IMG/VR virus record: IMGVR_UViG_3300020165_000007
Coordinates: 124,001-188,000 of that record
Reading direction: 5' to 3' (one strand)
Length of the DNA stretch: 64,000 nt
Shown: piece by piece, positions 9,539 to 18,798 of the stretch
Layout of the letters: the number at the start of each line of letters is the position of its first letter
Numbering within the stretch: position 1 is the stretch's first letter
The notes under the pieces: model-generated
Seen by the model: the letters and a program-made list of their open reading frames with translations, nothing else
The model's database searches: none
Told to the model about the DNA's origin: nothing
Program-made: the position numbers and the translations under genes

Positions 9539-10962
9539 TAGTCATATGCTGCACATCCTATACCACCACTGTCTTCAAAAAATCCGACACCACCACCGCT
9601 CTTAATAAAATTAAAAATCTTACGGTTTCTCCCTCCTGTTGGTTGTGTATCACTTGTTATTTTAATATCCCATTCACCAATTTTATCATCAGTACCAGGT
9701 TCACTCTTTTCTGTATCATAATCAAATTTAACAGCCAATTGTATTATACAATATTTATACTGTTCATATTCATTTGGTGAACTGTGTGGTTCTTGCCCAT
9801 TAAATGTTCTGTCACCCTCTTGTTTAAATGAATTAGGGTCACCACCACCATCAGAAAATTGATTTGGACTTGGTGGATTTGGTCCTGATGAACCGTCACC
9901 ATTTCTACCATTAGAATTTAAAGTGACATTTACTGTACTTATGTCGGGTACTAAAGAACTTAATTCATTAACTATGTAACTATATACACTTTCAGCTCTC
10001 TCTTGAGAAAGTTCTTTAAAATTCATTTGCTGAGCCTCTCCTGTATTTCTGTATCTTGACGCTGATGTCGCAATTACAAATGGGTAGTTTTCACCGTCTA
10101 CTTTATTCGCCACTGAAACTTTAGCATCTGGAAATTGTTTTAGAAAATCGGTAATATCACCTTTAAATTTTTTAGTCCACTCAACGACGCCTTGACCCAC
10201 TCTTGTTGAGTTGTTAGGGAATGGTTCACCTTCAGTTTTCTTGTCTATTGAGTGATTAACTTTAACCGCGGGTATTACAGTTTCATCTTTTTCTTCTTTT
10301 GATAACTTACCAGGTATTAGACGTATTGATTTAATATTTTTTCTACATTCACCTATATCAGGAGTACTTTCATCTTTCTTTTCAGGGTATTTTTTAGTAC
10401 ACCAATCGATAAAATATTGAATGAACCCTTCTTTATTTTCTTCTGTCATAGGAGGAACATCGGCACCTGATTGTCTTTTGTCTTTTCCTTTTACACCCTT
10501 ACTACCAGTTTTACAAGCGTTAAGTGATGACTCATTAAAGTCCGGATTTAACGAATCTTCGCCGAGAGGGAATCCGAATTTTACTTGACCTAAACGGTCA
10601 CCGTTTTGGTCTTCAATATTTCTTAACTCTTTTACAGAGTTACGATATTGGCTTTCATCTTTAAAATATGATTTAGGGATGTAATTGTAACTACTGTATA
10701 GATATTGTCCATCAACACCTCTTCTTGTTGTTGTTTTTTCCGGTAACTTTTCAGACTCTAATTCTGAAACAGGGAATCTATATTTGAAATAATATCTTGG
10801 TGAACAACTGAAATCATCACCAGCACTTTCCCAATAAATTTTACTCTTTTCATCTAATAATGAGACAAACACTCTTTCTATATTGTCAGTTTGTTCTAAA
10901 ACTAACTCCAACCCCATAATTTGTCTCATGCGGTTAACTTCATTTATAATATTACGCTTCAT
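9538..10962 (-). CDS. Leader-bearing protein with OmpA-C-like segment
   Basis: MKRNIINEVNRMRQIMGL; NFKELSQERAESVYSYI resembles the N..LS..RA..V motif. Confidence 0.55.
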   Translation of the reverse strand: MKRNIINEVNRMRQIMGLELVLEQTDNIERVFVSLLDEKSKIYWESAGDDFSCSPRYYFKYRFPVSELESEKLPEKTTTRRGVDGQYLYSSYNYIPKSYFKDESQYRNSVKELRNIEDQNGDRLGQVKFGFPLGEDSLNPDFNESSLNACKTGSKGVKGKDKRQSGADVPPMTEENKEGFIQYFIDWCTKKYPEKKDESTPDIGECRKNIKSIRLIPGKLSKEEKDETVIPAVKVNHSIDKKTEGEPFPNNSTRVGQGVVEWTKKFKGDITDFLKQFPDAKVSVANKVDGENYPFVIATSASRYRNTGEAQQMNFKELSQERAESVYSYIVNELSSLVPDISTVNVTLNSNGRNGDGSSGPNPPSPNQFSDGGGDPNSFKQEGDRTFNGQEPHSSPNEYEQYKYCIIQLAVKFDYDTEKSEPGTDDKIGEWDIKITSDTQPTGGRNRKIFNFIKSGGGVGFFEDSGGIGCAAYD

Positions 10963-11014
10963 TGTAATTTTTCTTTATAAATAGTTTGTATAAAGAAAAA
11001 CTTTCACTATCTTT

Positions 11015-11584
11015 ATGTTTATGAAGAATCTATTACCCCTCCTTTTTTGTTTGATTTCATTAACGACCACATCTCAAATTACATGGGAAGGTGCTAAATG
11101 TTATTATATTGATGATAAGGGTAATGAGGTTGAAGTTTCATGTGAAGGATATATCCCAACACCAGTACCTCAGGTAAATATTGATTCTCTTTGTTGGGAA
11201 ATGGAAAAACGTTTTGTAAATACATTAAACGAATGGAGAGTAAATCATGGATTGAATGGATTAGAATACGATGATGACATGGAATCTCTACTGACTGTGC
11301 CTTGGAATGAAAATCAGGTAAAAACAGGTAAAGTTGGTCATGGTGAAGGGTATAACAGTTTCACAAATCGGATTGATTGGGCGGGTTTTGATACTTGTGG
11401 TGAATGTTGTGGGTCTAATCATAGGTCGGATGTTAATAATGTTTCTCAGTTTTTTTTACAGTATCAAAAAAGTCCCCCACACTGGAAAATTTTAACAAAT
11501 AGTAAGTATAACTATATTTCTGTATCAGTTCTTTATGACCGAGAAACAAATACTTATTATTCTGTAGTAAATGTTCGAAAGTGA
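11015..11584 (+). CDS. Secreted CAP/SCP-domain protein
   Basis: Signal peptide; LNEWRVNHGL, GH, GEC and SPPHWKIL motifs. Confidence 0.75.
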   Translation: MFMKNLLPLLFCLISLTTTSQITWEGAKCYYIDDKGNEVEVSCEGYIPTPVPQVNIDSLCWEMEKRFVNTLNEWRVNHGLNGLEYDDDMESLLTVPWNENQVKTGKVGHGEGYNSFTNRIDWAGFDTCGECCGSNHRSDVNNVSQFFLQYQKSPPHWKILTNSKYNYISVSVLYDRETNTYYSVVNVRK

Positions 11585-11615
11585 TTTGATTGTTTAAGAT
11601 TTATATTTATATTTG
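11585..11615 (+). promoter_or_regulatory. Bacteroidota-type promoter for tmRNA
   Basis: TTTG 11585-88, 19-nt spacer, TATATTTG 11608-15. Confidence 0.75.
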
Positions 11616-11634
11616 TAGTGTTCTTTGAAAATAT

Positions 11635-12021
11635 GGGGGTGTTTTATGGATTTGACCGGTATGGTCAGGTGTAGAGTGCACGTAGTGAGAGGATACCTAT
11701 CACTTTAATCTACGGTTTCAATTTGTAACAGGCGAAACTTTCGCAAAACTTCAGGCTGTCGGTTTACTCCGCACTGAAGAGGTTTACGCTGCCTAAGGCA
11801 TCGTTTACCACGGGTCGGTCAGGACGTTAACCTTGGAACAGAAGTCCGTTGTAGTGGTGGAAAAATGACTGAACCCTAAATCGAGTCATACATCTATTGT
11901 CAGTGGAGGATGTTAAAATTCAACTGAATATTTCGGATTATTAAGAATTAATAATGAACTAAACGTGTAGGACTCTATATTTGAAATATTTGGGACCTGG
12001 GTTCGAGCCCCAGCACCTCCA
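11635..12021 (+). ncRNA. ssrA: tmRNA with tag (A)GETFAKLQAVGLLRTEEVYAA*
   Basis: 5' GGGGGTG...GGATTTGAC; 3' GACCTGGGTTCGAGCCCCAGCACCTCCA; G3-U70 acceptor pair; tag ORF 11731-11796 ends in AA-stop. Confidence 0.93.
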
Positions 12022-12027
12022 CAAATA

Positions 12028-12060
12028 AATCCCCTATTGTTTTGGCAGTAGGGGATTTTT
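12028..12060 (+). terminator. Terminator after tmRNA, overlapping the next promoter
   Basis: aatcccctattg...cagtaggggattttt; TTTG 12041 and TATATTTG 12065-72 overlap it. Confidence 0.7.
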
Positions 12061-12102
12061 GACTTATATTTGTATCACAATCACCACATAAACAATATTA
12101 AT

Positions 12103-12690
12103 ATGACTCAAGAACAAGTAATCGAAGAAGTGCAGAACTACAACGGAACCAACAATTTTATGAACTCACTCAAAAGAGGTCTTAATAAGTTTAACTCACT
12201 GACCGATAATCAAACCGCAGCAGCTATTCGTGTTATCGAGGGTGCTCGTCGTCATGAACAGGCTCAACAGCGTTTGAATATCACTTTGGTTGGTGATACC
12301 ATCAAGATTGGTCGTAAGATTGCATTGGGTATTAAAGAAGAGTATGGTCTTGAGTTTCACCCCATCCTTATCGATGTAACTGCGGTTACGGGTATGACTG
12401 ACCGAGCACTTCGGGTCAAAGGCAAGTTGACGAAAGAAAACGGAGGTGTATGTCGTTGTTGCGCTAAAACCCTTACTGATGATGTTTCTAAGTTGACAGG
12501 TATCGGTCCTGTGTGTTCTAAGTATGTTGGTGTTGCTCATCCTCGTAGCGCTTACGACACTGTCGCAATCGAGAATTATAAAAAGGATATGTCTCGAAAA
12601 ATTGATGAGATTGGTGAGTTTGAGTTTTGGATTCCTAAAAGGGCGATTGTTAAGTGGAATGGTATGGGAGGAGTGATGGTGAAGATGTGA
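12103..12690 (+). CDS. Zn-binding DUF6011-like protein
   Basis: CRCCAKTLTDDVSKLTGIGPVC motif; host-type promoter upstream. Confidence 0.65.
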   Translation: MTQEQVIEEVQNYNGTNNFMNSLKRGLNKFNSLTDNQTAAAIRVIEGARRHEQAQQRLNITLVGDTIKIGRKIALGIKEEYGLEFHPILIDVTAVTGMTDRALRVKGKLTKENGGVCRCCAKTLTDDVSKLTGIGPVCSKYVGVAHPRSAYDTVAIENYKKDMSRKIDEIGEFEFWIPKRAIVKWNGMGGVMVKM

Positions 12691-12772
12691 GAAGGGGGGG
12701 TAACACCCCCCTTTTTTGTTTTTTATATATTTGTAGATATTTATTACAATAAACTGTAAAAAAATATTTAAT

Positions 12773-13003
12773 ATGGGAACAGCAGAAATTAAAAGTCTTA
12801 TTAGACACGGATTAACCGCAATTGGTACTTTGTTGGTACTAACAGGTTTGAACACATGGATACCTTTGGTAGACTTATTAACTGAGAATTTAGATTCAGT
12901 AATAAATGCTATCGAGGTTCTAATAGGTTTAGGAATAGCGGTCTTTGGATTCTTTAGGAACAAAGAGAGATTCGAAATAGTTAAGGAGGCCGAGGCCAAA
13001 TAA
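12773..13003 (+). CDS. Small two-TM membrane protein, putative holin
   Basis: IRHGLTAIGTLLV hydrophobic helix, a second TM and a charged C-terminus. Confidence 0.55.
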   Translation: MGTAEIKSLIRHGLTAIGTLLVLTGLNTWIPLVDLLTENLDSVINAIEVLIGLGIAVFGFFRNKERFEIVKEAEAK

Positions 13004-13020
13004 TAAAAACCTTTAAAATT

Positions 13021-13052
13021 AAAACCCCCGAACAAATCGGGGGTTTTTTTTT
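13021..13052 (+). terminator. Intrinsic terminator
   Basis: aaaacccccga-acaaa-tcgggggtttttttt. Confidence 0.8.
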
Positions 13053-13094
13053 GACTAATAAATTATTATATTTTATATTATAAAAAAAAACATA

Positions 13095-13592
13095 ATGAGT
13101 AACGTACTTGTACTAAATTCTGATTTTTCACCATTAAATATCACAACTTTACATAGAGGGTTTATATTGGTGAACAAAGGTAAAGCAGAAATAGTAAAAA
13201 AGGGAGACCGTGATATCGTCACCACTATAGGTAAATTTGTTCGTCCCGTAATTATAAGGTTATTAAATTATATTAGATATCGAAGAACCTCATTAAAAGT
13301 TAATAGAAAAAGAATTTTTAAAAGAGATAAGTCTACCTGCCAATATTGCGGTTCAAAAAAAAATCTAACTATCGACCACATTATACCTCGTTCTCGTGGA
13401 GGTAAGAATACTTGGAAAAATTTGGTTACTTGTTGTTCTAGATGTAATGTTACAAAAGGTAATAAAACCCCTAACGAGTGGGGTGTTAAGTTAATAAATA
13501 GACCTCATGAACCCTCTGTATTTTCTTCCTTATTATACGAAGAAGCTGAGGTTATATGGGACGATTTTAGGAAAGGATTTTCTACTTATTGA
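13095..13592 (+). CDS. HNH endonuclease (McrA-like)
   Basis: RDKSTCQYCG...LTIDHIIPRSRGG...NLVTCCSRCNVTKG. Confidence 0.9.
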   Translation: MSNVLVLNSDFSPLNITTLHRGFILVNKGKAEIVKKGDRDIVTTIGKFVRPVIIRLLNYIRYRRTSLKVNRKRIFKRDKSTCQYCGSKKNLTIDHIIPRSRGGKNTWKNLVTCCSRCNVTKGNKTPNEWGVKLINRPHEPSVFSSLLYEEAEVIWDDFRKGFSTY

Positions 13593-13648
13593 CCGTTATA
13601 AACTATTTATAGGTGTAGTTCTTCATAAACAAGTAAACCTATAAATTA

Positions 13649-16645
13649 ATGAATTTTACTTTTTTTAATAAGGCACGCCGTATGCTTTTAATACCTTTAA
13701 TGCTCTTGTTTTCAGTAGTATTAAGGGCTCAATGTGACGTTTTTATAGAACAGGGTTCTGTAGTCGTCACTGATAATGGTAGTGGTGTCAAGTTTCAATT
13801 TGACGTTACAAACAATTCGGGTAGTGAATGGGAAGGGGACGTACTTAAGATGTATTGGTCACTTAATTCAAGTGCACCAATATGGACCATAGATTATACC
13901 TCAAACAACAATGTTGGACCCTTACCTCCTGGTCAGACTAGGACAATAACAACCCCTTGGTTCGACATTCCAAATCTCCCTTCATGGTTTCCTGAAGACC
14001 CAGGTCCTGGTGGAGTAAATGATTTATCGTGGGAAGAGTCTATGGAATGGGCGTATTATGGTTTATCTTTCCCTTTTGATGGGGCTTGGTCACAATTTAA
14101 TCTTAGGTTAGGTAGTTGTGGGTTAGCTGATGGCGCTTGGGTATATAACTCAGACGGAACACCATACTACGGACCTTTTAATACTGATTGTCCTGATGTA
14201 AATAATGATGCGTTTTGTGATTGTGATGTTAATTTCCTTGGATTTGACCCTGAAACATATGACGTAAGTATTGAAGTAGTATCACATTGGAACTGTGGCA
14301 CTTCTTTAAATACGGTGGGTCAGTCGGGACAAATGGATTATGTAAATATGGTTCAAATAGGTGCACACGTACCTGGTTGGGATTATGAATGGGGTTGTAC
14401 CGCATCTGAATATCATTTAGGATGGACATTTGATAATCCTGTATCATTTGCTGAGTATTACGCGGGTGATACAATAAATTATAATATGTTTGCTGACGAT
14501 ACATTTTATGATGATTGTTTCCAAAGTATCTTAGAGTCTGATACATTAACTTCATGTTTGGAAGTTGTATTATGGCAAATAAACTATTCGGAAACTGCGA
14601 TTATTGGTGAAATTGATGGTGGTTGGGCCCAGACGTGTGGATTATGTGCGGACCAAACACAGTTTTATCCTGACATATCAATGGAATTAAATTCTATTAA
14701 TGTATGTGATGCACCACCCCCTATTTACCCTGGTTGTACTGACCCTTTAGCAGAAAACTTTAATGGTAATGCGGGGTATGATGACGGGACTTGTACTTTT
14801 GCACCTGTATACGGTTGTCAAGACCCTATCGCTTGTAATTATAATCAACAAGCAACCGAAAATGATGACTCATGTATATATTGTGATACTCCAGAGGGAG
14901 AAGAATTATGTAATGAATATCATGGCGATAGCACTTATTGGGAGTTTTATAGTAATCTATTCGACTGTGATGATGAAGTAATATATACTCCTGACGCAGG
15001 TGGATATGTTTCATTTGTAAATGCAGTGTGTGATGACGGGATAGTTTCTAACGAAATTAGTATAATAGTAGTTAACCCTGATACGGGTAATTTTAATTCA
15101 AATGACACATTATTTGTGTATTGTGTAGAAGTACCTGAATTAGGTCTTGATACTTGTTTAAATGGTAATTTAAACGGTACTGATTGGATTGAACCTGGTG
15201 GGGGTCAGTTAATATGGACTATTAATGTACCTGATTTTATAACTCAACTAACAATTAATGTATATGATGTTGAAGGTGAGATTGATGAATATTCATATAA
15301 CAATACGTTCTTATACTTAAATAATATAAGTGACCCCGATGTATGTCTTGTTTTAGGATGTACAGACCCAATAGCGGAAAATTATAATCCGTTAGCAACT
15401 GAGGATGATGGAAGTTGTGAATATATGGTTGATTTATCATTAGATAGTATAACTATAAACGAATACTGTGACGGATTTACCCCATACTGGGTTCCTACGT
15501 TACATCTAAACAATCTAACCAATCCCGCGATAAATGAATACTGTATTAAAGTTCAAGTCTTAGGACAAACAAACGACACTATTTGTTTTAATGCGATGGG
15601 TACAACAATAAACTCATTCGGTGATATCTCTATTGAGTGGCCTAACCCCATATACTCATATGGTGTTGTTAGTGTACACGTTTTAGACGTAAATGGTGAG
15701 AGTCCTAACTCATGGGAAAATTTCGGAGAAGATGATAATATTAGTAATAATATACTTGTCCTTACAATCGGAGGTTCCGGAATTAATTGCAATGTTGCGG
15801 GATGTATCGACGATACTGCTAATAACTATAATCCTGACGCAAATGTGGATGATGGTAGTTGTACTTACGATATATTCGGATGTACCGATGAAAGCGCTAA
15901 TAATTACAATCCCAATGCGAATTTAGACGATGGTACATGTACGTATGATATTTATGGTTGTACAGATGAAGAAGCAAATAACTACAACTCAACAGCTAAC
16001 GTGGACGATGGGTCTTGTACTTATGACGTTTTCGGCTGTACAGACTCAACCGCAAATAATTATAACCTCTTAGCTACAGTCGATGACGGTTCTTGTGAAT
16101 ATGATGTATTTGGGTGTACTGATGAAAGTGCTAACAATTATAATTCACTTGCTAACGTGGATGATGGTAGTTGTACTTACGATATATTAGGGTGTACCGA
16201 TTTAAACGCTAACAATTATAATATGTTCGCAAATGTAAATGATGGGTCATGTGAATATGACGTGTTTGGATGTACTAACATGGACGCATTAAATTATAAT
16301 TTTGAAGCGACGATAGAAGATGGTACTTGTGTTTTTCCTAGTCCTTGTGATGAATTCGACGGTCAGGCATTTGCACCTAACGCATTTAGTCCTAATAATG
16401 ACGGTTTAAACGATTCTTGGGGGGTAATAACCGACGAAGAGTGTTGGAACACATGGGAAGTATCTATTTTCAATAGATGGGGTCAAGTGGTCTTTAAAAT
16501 CGATAATCCTAATGGAAGATGGGATGGAAGTTTTAATAATGGTGGGTATTACGTACAAGACGGAGTTTACGCTTACACAATTAGGGCAGTGGCATGGAAT
16601 TTGGAGGTCTTGGATACGAGTGGTTATATAACCGTTCTCAGGTAA
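13649..16645 (+). CDS. Large secreted Cys/Asp-rich repeat protein with T9SS type B C-terminal domain (gliding-motility-associated CTD)
   Basis: Signal peptide ending VLRA-Q; ten GCTD..A.NY...A..DDGSC repeats; C-terminal APNAFSPNNDGLND...IFNRWGQVVF...WDG...DGVYAY...GYITVLR. Confidence 0.88.
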   Translation: MNFTFFNKARRMLLIPLMLLFSVVLRAQCDVFIEQGSVVVTDNGSGVKFQFDVTNNSGSEWEGDVLKMYWSLNSSAPIWTIDYTSNNNVGPLPPGQTRTITTPWFDIPNLPSWFPEDPGPGGVNDLSWEESMEWAYYGLSFPFDGAWSQFNLRLGSCGLADGAWVYNSDGTPYYGPFNTDCPDVNNDAFCDCDVNFLGFDPETYDVSIEVVSHWNCGTSLNTVGQSGQMDYVNMVQIGAHVPGWDYEWGCTASEYHLGWTFDNPVSFAEYYAGDTINYNMFADDTFYDDCFQSILESDTLTSCLEVVLWQINYSETAIIGEIDGGWAQTCGLCADQTQFYPDISMELNSINVCDAPPPIYPGCTDPLAENFNGNAGYDDGTCTFAPVYGCQDPIACNYNQQATENDDSCIYCDTPEGEELCNEYHGDSTYWEFYSNLFDCDDEVIYTPDAGGYVSFVNAVCDDGIVSNEISIIVVNPDTGNFNSNDTLFVYCVEVPELGLDTCLNGNLNGTDWIEPGGGQLIWTINVPDFITQLTINVYDVEGEIDEYSYNNTFLYLNNISDPDVCLVLGCTDPIAENYNPLATEDDGSCEYMVDLSLDSITINEYCDGFTPYWVPTLHLNNLTNPAINEYCIKVQVLGQTNDTICFNAMGTTINSFGDISIEWPNPIYSYGVVSVHVLDVNGESPNSWENFGEDDNISNNILVLTIGGSGINCNVAGCIDDTANNYNPDANVDDGSCTYDIFGCTDESANNYNPNANLDDGTCTYDIYGCTDEEANNYNSTANVDDGSCTYDVFGCTDSTANNYNLLATVDDGSCEYDVFGCTDESANNYNSLANVDDGSCTYDILGCTDLNANNYNMFANVNDGSCEYDVFGCTNMDALNYNFEATIEDGTCVFPSPCDEFDGQAFAPNAFSPNNDGLNDSWGVITDEECWNTWEVSIFNRWGQVVFKIDNPNGRWDGSFNNGGYYVQDGVYAYTIRAVAWNLEVLDTSGYITVLR
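15800..16336 (+). repeat. Seven tandem 78-bp (26 aa) coding repeats
   Basis: GC[TI]D..ANNYN..AN.DDGSC.YD[VI]F units. Confidence 0.9.
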
Positions 16646-16659
16646 ACAATCGATTAAAT

Positions 16660-16690
16660 AAAAAAGTGACCTTCGGGTCACTTTTTTTTA
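16660..16690. terminator. Bidirectional terminator
   Basis: aaaaaagtgacc-ttcg-ggtcactttttt between convergent genes. Confidence 0.85.
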
Positions 16691-16759
16691 TATAAGAAAA
16701 AAGGACTGACACCGCCAGTCCTTTTCATAGATTTAATTTTACCCCCTTTTTTTAAAAGT

Positions 16760-17395
16760 TTATGAGAAGACCTTATCTCTAATGCCTCTCAATTTCGAGT
16801 CCATATTTGACTCAATGGAATCCAATAAAGATTCCAACGCCGTTGTAAACTTATCTTCAATATCTCTTTTAAATCTATCGTTATCAATTTGCTTCATCAC
16901 AATTTCTTTTGTCGTATCTGTAAGTCCTTCTAAGTATTTTTCTTCAAATTCTCTTGTGAATACATCGGCGATACTTCTCGGTAAGAACTTCTTATCCGTA
17001 AATATTTTAGAAAATTCCTCTTCTTCAATTTCTGATATTGTCTGAGACAATACATCCTTTTCAAAACCATCAATATTAAGTTTACCCTCTAAAAAAAATA
17101 ATAACTTATCTTTTAACGTGTCTATAACTTTAGAACCATCATCACCCATAATACCTTTAAGTGTCATAATTAAATCTTCATTAACTACGGATTCACTAAT
17201 ACCCATTTTTATCAAATGATTAGCCTCTAAAAATAATTTATTAAAGAATTTGGTGGTATGAATTTTAGAATTAAAGTTAACAGACTCAGATATAATACCT
17301 AATCTTCCTTTAACAATTTTAGATTCAGTAAGACTATTAAGTTTTTTAGTTTCTAATTCTATTAGATTCTTTTTAACTATGTGTTTTAGACTCAT
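16760..17395 (-). CDS. Hypothetical helical protein
   Basis: Start MSLKHIVKKNLIE, overlapping the upstream stop. Confidence 0.7.
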   Translation of the reverse strand: MSLKHIVKKNLIELETKKLNSLTESKIVKGRLGIISESVNFNSKIHTTKFFNKLFLEANHLIKMGISESVVNEDLIMTLKGIMGDDGSKVIDTLKDKLLFFLEGKLNIDGFEKDVLSQTISEIEEEEFSKIFTDKKFLPRSIADVFTREFEEKYLEGLTDTTKEIVMKQIDNDRFKRDIEDKFTTALESLLDSIESNMDSKLRGIRDKVFS

Positions 17396-18798
17396 TTTTC
17401 TTTGGGTTTCCACGCATTTATTGATTCTGTGAATTCCTTACTATTAACTCTCACTCTTTCATAAATATCTGAGTTTTCAGGTTTTTTAAGTTTAAAACCT
17501 TTTTTTTTTAAGTTTTCTAAAAATTCCTTCTGAGACTTCGTAAATTCGTTTGTAAGACCTTCCCCATTTAGTAATGACTGTAAACCTTTCTTTTCTTTAC
17601 CCTTCATAACCTCTTCAAAAGGTTGTTCTTTTTTCATCGATTGATTATGTGTGTTGATATAACTATCTCTTTGTATTTCCTCTTTTTCTCCCCCTCCAAA
17701 TTCAACTTCAGGTATCTTATCACCACCGACTATCTTAAAATCTCTATAATCAGGACCCTCATTATTAGTAATGGTAAAATATATTATACCACCGTCCAAT
17801 AATTTACCTAATCCATTCATCTGAGAATTAAAAGGAAGTTCAATATTTGCATTATTATAGTAAGAACCCAATCTAACGACAGGTTCTCCCGTTTTTTTAT
17901 CTTCACCTTTAGCGACTACTACTGACCTAATAAATGCAATATCTTCAGGATATTTTTTCATTAAATCCATAAATTCTTTATTTATTTCTTCACGGTCTTT
18001 ATCTGTAAAAACTACTTTTTGTTTTCCTTTGTCATTTGCAGTATAAAAATTAAATTCTTTTAACTTTTCATCTATTTTTTCTGGTATTGAATTTTCCATT
18101 TCATTTTCTTTTAATACGTCTTTTAACCCTTCATTAACTTTATTTGTACACCAATTAGAATCTGAAAATTCTTGCCATGAACCACTACTCGGCGGGTCTA
18201 TAAAACCCCATTTTCCACCTCTTTCTTCTATCGGTAACGGTATATTTTTTCTACCTGTTTGTGAATCAGCAAAAAAGACAATTCTCTCATCTTCGTATTG
18301 ACTGTTTGGTTCTCTTTGAACGAATATTAAAGGCCAAACTCTTCCACAAGGTATACCTTTCAAGTAATCGACCACATCTCTAAATTGTTGATTTACAGTT
18401 GAGCTTACACCGCTTTTACCTAAATTTAATTTCTCTTTTTTTAACTCTCTACCACTTTTTTGTCTTGCGGGTGGTGATGGCGGTGTTCCTCCTGGGTTAG
18501 GTTGTGTTGTCGAGCCTGTTGTAGGAGATGGCGTAGTACTACCAGTAGGAGGAGGTGTTGTACTTATCTTTTTAGTGTAGTACGCTTTTGGTGGCATTGG
18601 AGGACCTGTGACAGTATCATCTTGATATAATTTATAATCTGAAATGTTATCACCGTTAGATGTGATTTTGTTTTTTAAATTTGGTTCATTATCCGGTCCT
18701 TCCCATCCTGCACCAGAAGGTGTGCCACTTTTTTTTTCAGTTTGTCCCCAACTAGTGGATTGTTCGTTTAGTATTATTTTATTTGACATTATATTCAT
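17392..18798 (-). CDS. Multidomain protein with P/T-rich linker and a domain shared with the M23 peptidase
   Basis: KIILNEQ leader; CGRVWP...WGFID...WQEFSDSNWCTNK segment. Confidence 0.7.
   Translation of the reverse strand: MNIMSNKIILNEQSTSWGQTEKKSGTPSGAGWEGPDNEPNLKNKITSNGDNISDYKLYQDDTVTGPPMPPKAYYTKKISTTPPPTGSTTPSPTTGSTTQPNPGGTPPSPPARQKSGRELKKEKLNLGKSGVSSTVNQQFRDVVDYLKGIPCGRVWPLIFVQREPNSQYEDERIVFFADSQTGRKNIPLPIEERGGKWGFIDPPSSGSWQEFSDSNWCTNKVNEGLKDVLKENEMENSIPEKIDEKLKEFNFYTANDKGKQKVVFTDKDREEINKEFMDLMKKYPEDIAFIRSVVVAKGEDKKTGEPVVRLGSYYNNANIELPFNSQMNGLGKLLDGGIIYFTITNNEGPDYRDFKIVGGDKIPEVEFGGGEKEEIQRDSYINTHNQSMKKEQPFEEVMKGKEKKGLQSLLNGEGLTNEFTKSQKEFLENLKKKGFKLKKPENSDIYERVRVNSKEFTESINAWKPKEK

Noticed and set aside
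12196-13035. 279-aa minus-strand ORF and similar antisense ORFs (e.g. 956..1336, 36321..36728, 62798..63316)
   Set aside because: Shadows of better-supported genes on the opposite strand, with no motifs or promoters
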